Source of the DNA: an uncultured virus (IMG/VR IMGVR_UViG_3300020385_000010)
Taxonomy: Duplodnaviria; Heunggongvirae; Uroviricota; Caudoviricetes
IMG/VR virus record: IMGVR_UViG_3300020385_000010
Length of the DNA: 64,000 nucleotides
Direction: 5' to 3' (one strand)
This document shows positions 55,982 to 64,000 of the stretch, one piece after another. Each line of letters opens with the position of its first letter. Position 1 is the stretch's first letter. Below the pieces are notes generated by a model that saw nothing but the letters and a program-made list of their open reading frames with translations, had not been told where the DNA came from and did no database searches. A program made the position numbers and the translations under genes.

Positions 55982-56414
55982 TTATAAAGGCAAGTATGTT
56001 ACTTTAAAAGACATACACGCTAATATAAAAGACAAGGTAAAAGTACAGGGAGCTTGGGTAAAAAAGAAAAACGATTACAGGGATAGAGAGCTTACTTATA
56101 AAGAATACTATGGTATTATATCAAAGTATTTTGAAAAGGTTATAAACGAAGTAGCAGTAGAAAGAGAAGAATATAGGCTTCCTAATAAAATGGGTAGAAT
56201 ATATATAAAGAAGTTAGAGCATAAAAGACCTTTTCATTTAAGAATAGATAGAGAGGCGAGCAAAGAAGCAGGAGAGTATGTTTGGTATAAAGTCCCAATA
56301 CTTGACGACTATTATAACAAACTTGTTTGGAATAGACACCAAAGGTATAAACGATATAAAATCTTACCTTTGAATAAATTTAAGAAATTGATAAAAAAAG
56401 TAAAAGAATACTAA
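55908..56414 (+). CDS. IHF-like protein of the crAss structural module
   Basis: YKEYYGII, YRLPNKMGRIYIKK; position before the tail tube gene; start probably 55944. Confidence 0.6.
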   Translation: MVFLLIHQTTKEMRKQKERKLELNSYKGKYVTLKDIHANIKDKVKVQGAWVKKKNDYRDRELTYKEYYGIISKYFEKVINEVAVEREEYRLPNKMGRIYIKKLEHKRPFHLRIDREASKEAGEYVWYKVPILDDYYNKLVWNRHQRYKRYKILPLNKFKKLIKKVKEY

Positions 56415-56415
56415 T

Positions 56416-57060
56416 ATGCAAGGTCAGTCTAAAATAAGTGTAAAGCAGGTTGTTAGTGCGGTAATTAGAAACTTAGGTATTCAAGATGCCGCTAAAGAAT
56501 TCCATACATTTGTTGAGTGGGCTTTTGAAGCAGAAAAAAAGATAGGTTCTTATTGCACTTTTTTACAAAAAGAAGAAACTTTAAATGTAGCAAATAAAAA
56601 AGCAGCATTACCAAGCGACTTTTTAGAGTTAGTAGATATAAAGAATTCTGTTAATATTTATTATACGCCTACTACAAAGTCTTTTTCAGAAAAACTAACT
56701 AATTATACATCTTCTTACAAATACTACGTTAAAACAGGTTATATACACACTACAGGAGAAGACTCTCAAATAGATGTAGTATATATGGCTTTAGAAACTG
56801 ATGTAGAAGGTTATCCTACTATATTGGCTAATCATGAAGATGCTATAGCGTCTTACATTATGTATAAATACAAAGCAAGAGATTATTATAATCAAAAGCT
56901 TCCTAGATATATTTATGTAGACCTAAAAAGAGAGTGGAATCGTTTATGTGCACAAGCACGTGGTAACGACAATATGCCTACTAAAAATCAGTGGCGACAA
57001 ATATCTAAATATTGGAACTCTCTTGTACCTGTTAAACCATCACAAGGACTTTTTGATTAA
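56416..57060 (+). CDS. Tail tubular (ring) protein
   Basis: EWAFEA..KIG, LPSDF, TDVEGYPTI, AIASYI, W...CAQARG. Confidence 0.7.
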   Translation: MQGQSKISVKQVVSAVIRNLGIQDAAKEFHTFVEWAFEAEKKIGSYCTFLQKEETLNVANKKAALPSDFLELVDIKNSVNIYYTPTTKSFSEKLTNYTSSYKYYVKTGYIHTTGEDSQIDVVYMALETDVEGYPTILANHEDAIASYIMYKYKARDYYNQKLPRYIYVDLKREWNRLCAQARGNDNMPTKNQWRQISKYWNSLVPVKPSQGLFD

Positions 57061-57062
57061 TT

Positions 57063-60000
57063 ATGGCACAAAAAAAACCTAATACATTTATGAAAGGTAT
57101 GGCATCAGACCTTGATGCACATGCTATTCCATCAGAAAATTATCAAGAAGCTGTTAATGCTAGAATAGTTAGTAGAAGTGATAATTTATTTTCTTTAAAG
57201 AATATTCCAGGCATGAAAGAAATGCCTCCAATAGGAGTTGGTGGATTTAAGATAAAACAAAAAAACGGGTTTTTAAAAGGTGTAGGAAATAGCACTACAG
57301 ATGCATTTTTATATCAAGCTCCTAGACATATAAAAAAGTTTAATGTAACTATAACTTATGTAGGTGGCACTACTGCAACAGGTTCTTATGAGTGGTCAGC
57401 ATATAAAACTAGCAATAGTATAATTAGAGCAACTCAAAAAGGTCACAAAGATGTAAATAAAACTAATTACACTAACATAGAGTATACTAACAATCAGTAT
57501 ATGGGGTTTTTGTACCAGGCTATAACATCGGTTCCTGACATTAATACATATTACGATATATCCCTTAAAGTTCCTTCATCAACTTACTCATCTTTTGAAG
57601 CAGAAATTTGGTTTACACAAAAAATAGGAGTAAAAGAAATAAGCTCTATAAGTGTTGCTTTTGATGTAGGTACAACAGACCCTAAAAATATTGTACCTAA
57701 CAATAGCTCTTATTTTAAGGTAAACTCAACATTTGGGTCAGGAGATAGTATTTCAGATGTACTTGAAACTACTAATGGAGCAGCTTTTACATATGACACG
57801 AATCAAGACCAGTTTGGTTATTTTGGTAAATGTATTATACAAGACAACAAATCTTTTAAGGTACTAGATGGAGCTGTCCATGCAAATCCAGGGTTTATAG
57901 CTAACCTTAATTCAGTAATCTATTCGGTTTATATAGTCTGCGAAAATTGGGGTACTAATGATGAAATAGAAGTTATAATTGGAGACACGACAACCATTAT
58001 AGGCGGCACTGATGTAAACGGCTTAGGTGCAGCGTTAGCTAATGCTACAAAAATTGTAACAGGGACTGGTAGTAATGCAAGCGTGCCTTTTGAATTTAAA
58101 GCTAAGGATGGTACTTTAACTGTAAGACATTTTTCTATTAAAGCAGCTGGAGGCTCTTATACTCTTGCAGAAGATACTTTTTGGGAAACAGAAACATTTA
58201 CCAAGACTTATACATTAATAGATATGTGTGAGTTTTCTGAATATTTATGTGTACTAGCTCATCATAAAACAAATGATGATGCTGTGTTTAAATTTGAATT
58301 TGACACAACAGGTTCTTGTACTAATATACAACCACTAATATTTGGAGATTTTGGATTTAATGCTAAGACTTCTATAAGGTTAGCTAAAATAGAAGAAAAT
58401 GATGCATATGAAAGAATATATTGGACAGATGGAGTTAATCCATTAAGAGGTTTAAATATATTAGGAGACCATGAGTATTACGCAAAATTAGCAGAAACAG
58501 GTTTAAATGTAATACAAACAGGAAATTTACAACCTCCAGTAGTAAATTCTATTATTCAAGGTGGGGCTTTACCATGTGGTAGTTATTCTTATTGTTATAG
58601 GTTAATGACGGGAGACGGAAAAATGTCTACTGTATCTCCTATATCTAACCCTGTTTCTGTATACGCTACTAATAAATCAAATCAAGCTCACGCTATTCAA
58701 GGTGGTGACCTAGATACTATTAGTGGAAAGATAATTTCTTTAGGCGTGTCTAATATAGATACTACATTTACAAGAATACAGGTAATAGCAATAAGATTTA
58801 TTTCTCAAGAAGGAGCAGCTATATGTTCTGTAATTGCTGATGAAAAAGTATTTGGAGATACTATGGAATTTTTTCACACAGGGAATAGTCCTGAAATTCC
58901 ATTAACATTATATGAGGTGTTAGCTCAAGGAAAAACTTGGGATAGCTGTAAAACTTTAGCTATAAAAGACAATAGACTATTCGCAGGTAACCTAACTAAT
59001 ACAAGTTACGATTTAGGTCTTACATCAACATCTTTTAGGGTTGTTTCTTATAGAAATGCTGGAGTTGATGGAGCTTATCAAACTTGGGACTACGCTGCTA
59101 ACGGTTATGATATACCTGATTCAGATGAACTAGGAAAAGGATTGTTTGCTCCTGACCACTATATGTTACCTGATGACGCTACAGTTAGTACAAATAAATA
59201 TAGGTATATAAAATTGTATGACGGTACAGGGACTACTGGACAAACTAATGATTCTAATTCAGCAAGAGTGTTTGGTTATGAAACACCTAATTTTGGTAGC
59301 AAAACCACTGATATAGGAGTAAGAGTAACTTTTGGAATGAAAGAATTTACATTAGATGATGATGTAAATAATTACTATAGAGGCCAAACAGAAAATGGAA
59401 AGTATGCTACTGCACCTTTCTATGGACCTAATTCACCAAACGAAGATTCTTTAGACGGATTTTACAATAACTATAAAAACCCGTTGTTTGCTCAAAATTA
59501 CACTGGGTATATGCGTGGAGAAATATATCGTTTTGGTATACAGTTTTATGATAAAGGAGGAGAGTCTACGTTTGTTTACCCTATAGGTGATATTCGTATG
59601 CCTGATATGTCTGCTGAATATAGAGAGTTAAGAAATGATGGTGAAGTATATAGCGCTTTAGCTAGCGTTTCTCTTACAAGTGGCGTGTATAATAATACAG
59701 ACGCTACAATAACACATGCAGGTAGTACGGATATAAGAGTAGGTATGTCCGTAACAAGTGATAAGGCTGGAATACCAGCTAATTCTTATGTTGCTTCAAT
59801 TACAAGTAATACAGTATTTGAATTAAATGCTGCCGCTGAATCTAGTCAAACTGGTTGTGTGTTATCCTTATCAACATCTGGCACAACATTAGATAGCGAT
59901 TTACCTAAAACATATCTTACTTGTAATGACAAAGGTAAAGGGTATATATTATTTCCAGAGTTTCGTGTAAAACTACCTAACTCTATTAGGTCTAAAATAT

Positions 60001-62666
60001 CAGGATACTCTATAGTAAGAGTTCATAGAGATGCTACAAATAGTACAGTTCAGTTTTCTGGAGCAATGAATCAAACAATGTATTATGCAAACAGTTCTGA
60101 TAATGGTATTAGAAAAAATAAAATATGTAATACAGGTTTTCCTCAAGTAAGTTTGGATTTTAATAGTACAAATGGAGAAGTTGGAGGGTCAGGTGAGTTA
60201 GGTGCTAATGCTACTTTAATAAACCCAAATTTACATACTATAGACACGCCAGAAGCTTTGTTTGGAACATTTGATTATAATTTTCAAAGCAATGACTATG
60301 TAAAAGTTTGCGGTGTATTAAACGCTTTTTTAGGCGAAGACTCTCCTGTTTTACATACAGATAACAATGAATTAAATATATTAAGAGCAGACGACGAAAA
60401 CAAATATTATGGTGGTGGATATTTAACTACAGGTCTTGGTACAGAGCATGCATCAACTAGAAGTAATACATTTTACAGTAAATATTATATAGATGATACT
60501 TTAAAATCAGGACTTAATTTAATTACTCCAAGCAGATATACTTTTGACGACTTAGGGTCAGGAACATTCGGTGTTTATCAAGAATTAACTTATGCATCAA
60601 AAGTAGGTCAAGGAGAAGAGGTAATTAGTTCTAAACTTGGTGATGCAAATATTAGTCATAATTATAGAAATGGTTGTGGTAATGTAAGCATGAGTAGATT
60701 AAGACTTGGTTATGGTAATACTGATGGTACAACTAAATGGTATAATACTAGCCTAAATGGTTATAGACCTGGGGATTATGACCGCAATATGCTTAATAAT
60801 ACTTCTGTATTAGCTGCAACTAGAGGAGGTTTAGATGGTATAGATACAAATGCTTACATATATGGTAAGCAAGAAATACAGCGTTCAGATTTAACTGGCA
60901 ACCCAAAACTATTTGTAGCACAAAAATTATTATGTAAAGTTTATAGACGTTTTAGCTCAGCTACATTATACGGAGGCTCAAGTGAATCTTCTTATGAGAA
61001 TCAAAAATACAACGCTACAGGAACGTATAATTTTGATTTAGATACTTACGAAGCACAAAATGCAGCTAATAGTGGAAACTCTAGTACGGTATATTATCAC
61101 CCTGTTTTTGGTGGAGATACTTTTGTTACATTATTTGGGTTAAGTAAAAATGTTAATCCTAACATGGAAGAAAACAGAACATATGCTCATGGCGCTGCAA
61201 TAGTATTTCCTGTAGAAACAAGAATAAATACAGACCTTCGTTGGGGTGATTATTTTGGTGCTCCTAACGCTATTTCTTCTATGGATATAGAATACGAAGT
61301 TAAAGTAAGAGTTCCTAGTACAGAACCATCAACTCACTATGGAGGCGCTACTCAATATGAATATGTAACAGAAACAAGAACAAGAACTCAAACAGGTGGT
61401 TCTGCTTTAATGCTAGCTTTTCAAGACGAATATTTATATAACAATACTTATAATGTAAATAATTCGTTAAAGTCTTTTTCACAAAAACCATCTACATTTG
61501 TAGAGGTTAATGATTTTAAAAACGTTATTGCGGCTTCTAACCTAAAGTTAGCAGGTGATTTTATGGACGCATTTTCTAGGTTTGACGTTAACGAGTTCTT
61601 TGAAGTAGATATGGCTCAAGGTCCTGTATACAATTTGTTTAATTTTAAAAACGAATTATTTGTTATACAGAAAGACGCAGTAGGTTTGTTATCTGTTAAC
61701 CCTAGAGCTTTAATATCAGCAGAAGGTGCACCTATACAAGTTGCTACAGGAAGTGGAAATGTAATGCAAAGAATAGATTATTTAGATACAAAATACGGAA
61801 GTCAACATTACAATAATGGTGTAACAACAAATAAAGGTTTGTATTGGTTTGATGATAATCAATCAGCATTTTGCATGTTACAATACTCAGGAAAAGGGGC
61901 AGGTGTTACTGATATATTAGAAACTACACATAATAGCAATTTGTTATTCTCTTTAAGAAATTATCAAGTTAACGATAACCCTAAAGAAGTTTCTGAAAGA
62001 TTAATAGACCAAAGAGGTAAAACTTTTAGCAAGCGCTCAGCAAAAACTAACATTTCTAGTGTAGGTGGTGTACATTTATATTGGAATCAACTATACAATG
62101 AAGTAGGTTTATGTATTACTGGTTTAAATACTGCTCCTAACTATATGCACATAGTTTATGACGAGTTGTTAGGAGTTATATCTTCTAAGCGCTCTTATAA
62201 AACAGTAGCAAGTTGTTCATATAATGGTAGATTGTATTCATTAGGTTATGAAGGTAATTCAGCTAATCTGTCAAAATACAATCTTTTCTTGCACGACGAA
62301 AGTAGTACATATAATAATTTTTATGATGTGCAATCAGGTTCTAATTTTAAAGTTAAATTTGTATGCAATGAAGATGTGTTTACTACTAAAGTATTTGACA
62401 AATTAGTAATGTATTTGACAGGAAATCAAAATTCAGCAAAATTAACTAAATTTACATTCACAGATTCACTAGGTAATACAGAAACTTTAACTGACCTTAC
62501 ACACGCTAAAATGAAGATGGGTAAACATATAATACCAATTAGGTCTAAAACTTCTTCTACAAGGTTAAAAGGAGACTTTATAACTATAGAGGCAGAGTGT
62601 AGTGGAACAACAGAAGAAATAGAAATATTTAGTGCCTTAACTCACTTTAGAAAAATGCAATTATAA
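57063..62666 (+). CDS. Tail stabilization (muzzle) protein
   Basis: NTFMKGM..D, IYWTDG.NP, IKDNRLFAGN, YMRGEIYRFGI, FGGDTF, YGSQH. Confidence 0.85.
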   Translation: MAQKKPNTFMKGMASDLDAHAIPSENYQEAVNARIVSRSDNLFSLKNIPGMKEMPPIGVGGFKIKQKNGFLKGVGNSTTDAFLYQAPRHIKKFNVTITYVGGTTATGSYEWSAYKTSNSIIRATQKGHKDVNKTNYTNIEYTNNQYMGFLYQAITSVPDINTYYDISLKVPSSTYSSFEAEIWFTQKIGVKEISSISVAFDVGTTDPKNIVPNNSSYFKVNSTFGSGDSISDVLETTNGAAFTYDTNQDQFGYFGKCIIQDNKSFKVLDGAVHANPGFIANLNSVIYSVYIVCENWGTNDEIEVIIGDTTTIIGGTDVNGLGAALANATKIVTGTGSNASVPFEFKAKDGTLTVRHFSIKAAGGSYTLAEDTFWETETFTKTYTLIDMCEFSEYLCVLAHHKTNDDAVFKFEFDTTGSCTNIQPLIFGDFGFNAKTSIRLAKIEENDAYERIYWTDGVNPLRGLNILGDHEYYAKLAETGLNVIQTGNLQPPVVNSIIQGGALPCGSYSYCYRLMTGDGKMSTVSPISNPVSVYATNKSNQAHAIQGGDLDTISGKIISLGVSNIDTTFTRIQVIAIRFISQEGAAICSVIADEKVFGDTMEFFHTGNSPEIPLTLYEVLAQGKTWDSCKTLAIKDNRLFAGNLTNTSYDLGLTSTSFRVVSYRNAGVDGAYQTWDYAANGYDIPDSDELGKGLFAPDHYMLPDDATVSTNKYRYIKLYDGTGTTGQTNDSNSARVFGYETPNFGSKTTDIGVRVTFGMKEFTLDDDVNNYYRGQTENGKYATAPFYGPNSPNEDSLDGFYNNYKNPLFAQNYTGYMRGEIYRFGIQFYDKGGESTFVYPIGDIRMPDMSAEYRELRNDGEVYSALASVSLTSGVYNNTDATITHAGSTDIRVGMSVTSDKAGIPANSYVASITSNTVFELNAAAESSQTGCVLSLSTSGTTLDSDLPKTYLTCNDKGKGYILFPEFRVKLPNSIRSKISGYSIVRVHRDATNSTVQFSGAMNQTMYYANSSDNGIRKNKICNTGFPQVSLDFNSTNGEVGGSGELGANATLINPNLHTIDTPEALFGTFDYNFQSNDYVKVCGVLNAFLGEDSPVLHTDNNELNILRADDENKYYGGGYLTTGLGTEHASTRSNTFYSKYYIDDTLKSGLNLITPSRYTFDDLGSGTFGVYQELTYASKVGQGEEVISSKLGDANISHNYRNGCGNVSMSRLRLGYGNTDGTTKWYNTSLNGYRPGDYDRNMLNNTSVLAATRGGLDGIDTNAYIYGKQEIQRSDLTGNPKLFVAQKLLCKVYRRFSSATLYGGSSESSYENQKYNATGTYNFDLDTYEAQNAANSGNSSTVYYHPVFGGDTFVTLFGLSKNVNPNMEENRTYAHGAAIVFPVETRINTDLRWGDYFGAPNAISSMDIEYEVKVRVPSTEPSTHYGGATQYEYVTETRTRTQTGGSALMLAFQDEYLYNNTYNVNNSLKSFSQKPSTFVEVNDFKNVIAASNLKLAGDFMDAFSRFDVNEFFEVDMAQGPVYNLFNFKNELFVIQKDAVGLLSVNPRALISAEGAPIQVATGSGNVMQRIDYLDTKYGSQHYNNGVTTNKGLYWFDDNQSAFCMLQYSGKGAGVTDILETTHNSNLLFSLRNYQVNDNPKEVSERLIDQRGKTFSKRSAKTNISSVGGVHLYWNQLYNEVGLCITGLNTAPNYMHIVYDELLGVISSKRSYKTVASCSYNGRLYSLGYEGNSANLSKYNLFLHDESSTYNNFYDVQSGSNFKVKFVCNEDVFTTKVFDKLVMYLTGNQNSAKLTKFTFTDSLGNTETLTDLTHAKMKMGKHIIPIRSKTSSTRLKGDFITIEAECSGTTEEIEIFSALTHFRKMQL

Positions 62667-63712
62667 TGCCTATACCAAATAAAATAACAAGCCCTGTTGC
62701 TAAAACTTTTATGAACCCTAAAAGTATTCCATTAGAATTTCAAAGACCTATATTGTCTTTAGATGCTTTTAACAACGTTTATACAGGTAGAGCAAATGTG
62801 GGTGCTAAATATAATGTAAACCCTAATCTTCAGTTGAGTGCAGGAGTTTCTATGCACACACCTACATATCAAAAAAATTTAACAACAATTCCAGGGCAAG
62901 AAAAGTTTGGTATTTCTCAATTCAACACAGGATTAAAATACACTTTTGATAAAGGTGGCTATGTTAAAAAGTATTATAATGGTGGTGATGTCGGCATAGA
63001 TTTAAGTCAATATAATAGCGCTTCTTCAGGAAGTTATTCTTGGGACGCTCCTGCTGCTGATTTTGTAACAGCTGACGCAGGAAATACAGGTGGAGGTGGC
63101 CCTAACATGGGTAATGTAAGTTCAGGATTAAGCGCAGTATCTTCAATAGCATCAGCACTTGATAATGACCCAAATAGTTTTGGTGCTGCAGATACTATAG
63201 GGACTGTAGCACAATTTGCTTCTATGGGAGCTGCAGCAGGCCCTATTGGAGCTGGTGTTGGTGCTCTCGTAGGTGGTGTAGTAAGTATTTTTAAGAAAAG
63301 ACAGCAAGATAAAGCTAACGCTAAAGCTGAGAGAGAAAGAAAAAAGAAAATAAGAGTTGCTGAAAAGAAAGAACATTTATCATCAATACAAGATGATAGA
63401 ATGGCTGAAGCAGAGTCTTCTGCTAAAGCACAAGGTGAATTGCTAGCTACAGCTAAAAGCTTATCATCTACTAGTGCAGGAAAATACTTTTACAACAAAG
63501 GTGGTATGACGCAAGGTGCTTACAACCACTCTACTAACCCATTAACTGTTGTAGATAAATATGGTAACAATACAGGTATGGAGTTAACAGGTGGTGAAGG
63601 AGTATTTGATAAACCTGCAATGAATAGAATTAAAGCATTTGCTAAAGGAGGAAACTTTCAGCAATTAGGTCAATTCGTAAGCAACGAAATGCAAACTTGG
63701 AAACATAAATAG
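62666..63712 (+). CDS. Putative internal cargo/ejection protein
   Basis: Gly/Ala-rich GAAAGPIGAGVGALVGG segment, coiled coil, repeated [Y/F]xxGG, ELTGGE. Confidence 0.55.
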   Translation: MPIPNKITSPVAKTFMNPKSIPLEFQRPILSLDAFNNVYTGRANVGAKYNVNPNLQLSAGVSMHTPTYQKNLTTIPGQEKFGISQFNTGLKYTFDKGGYVKKYYNGGDVGIDLSQYNSASSGSYSWDAPAADFVTADAGNTGGGGPNMGNVSSGLSAVSSIASALDNDPNSFGAADTIGTVAQFASMGAAAGPIGAGVGALVGGVVSIFKKRQQDKANAKAERERKKKIRVAEKKEHLSSIQDDRMAEAESSAKAQGELLATAKSLSSTSAGKYFYNKGGMTQGAYNHSTNPLTVVDKYGNNTGMELTGGEGVFDKPAMNRIKAFAKGGNFQQLGQFVSNEMQTWKHK

Positions 63713-63714
63713 TT

Positions 63715-64000
63715 ATGGGTAATTGGAATAGCGCTTACGCCTTGAGCGCAAAAAATGAAGGCAATATTTCTACAGACAAAAATGATACTGGAAACATCTT
63801 TAATCTAGGCGGTACAGAGATGTTTGTAGGAACAAGATATGGTCAGACATTTGAAAACTGGATAGCATATAAGAAAAAGAAAAAACCAACTACTAAAACA
63901 GAATTTGAGTCACTAAAAAAAGAGTTTGGAAAGGTTTCTAAAGAAGATGTAAAGGCATCTTTTAAAGCGCAGTATTGGGATAAATATAATTTAGACAAAA
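63715..64000 (+). CDS. GH108-like lysozyme domain protein (3'-truncated)
   Basis: MGNWNSAYALSAKNEGNISTDKNDTGN...GTRYGQT...FKAQYWDK; open to the window end. Confidence 0.6.
   Translation, partial: MGNWNSAYALSAKNEGNISTDKNDTGNIFNLGGTEMFVGTRYGQTFENWIAYKKKKKPTTKTEFESLKKEFGKVSKEDVKASFKAQYWDKYNLDK

Noticed and set aside
466..63376. Many short antisense or nested ORFs in the track (e.g. 466-726, 9532-9936, 10538-11086, 47784-48218)
   Set aside because: Shadow frames of long, well-supported genes with no recognisable motifs.
1..64000. Diversity-generating retroelement
   Set aside because: No reverse transcriptase ORF, and the 54371/59790 repeat differs mostly at C/T rather than adenines.
1..64000. 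Stop-codon reassignment as in some gut crAss-like phages
   Set aside because: Genes are full length in code 11 and end in TAA, TAG and TGA; no suppressor tRNA was seen.

Overview
The window is most of an AT-rich crAss-like podophage genome (Crassvirales or a close relative). Its host is probably Bacteroidota/Flavobacteriia, judging by TAnnTTTG promoter elements, a T9SS C-terminal domain and Gln at +1 after signal peptides. Plus strand 1-26966 carries a giant virion RNA polymerase (DFDGD motif, 5'-truncated, with an inserted ADP-ribosyltransferase-like domain), LamG and tail-fibre genes, a GAMT/Rmt2-like methyltransferase, an envelope cassette (CxxC micro-ORF, T9SS cargo, beta-barrel, thioredoxin-like protein) coupled to the lysis genes, and a metallophosphoesterase. 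Minus strand 27019-41681 is the early/replication arm: DnaA-domain-IV protein, GGCT, RecE-like nuclease, RusA-like, NinB-like, SSB-like, Sak4-like, HU, DnaB, initiator-like protein, DUF932, spore photoproduct lyase-like radical SAM, amidoligase and class II glutamine amidotransferase. No DNA polymerase or primase is visible there, and two structured non-coding RNA candidates are present. A hairpin-dense 0.9 kb divergent region (41682-42600) precedes the plus-strand virion module: terminase, portal, scaffold, MCP, ring proteins, IHF-like, tail tube, muzzle, cargo and a truncated GH108-like ORF. All calls come from reading motifs by eye; no database search or folding program was run.
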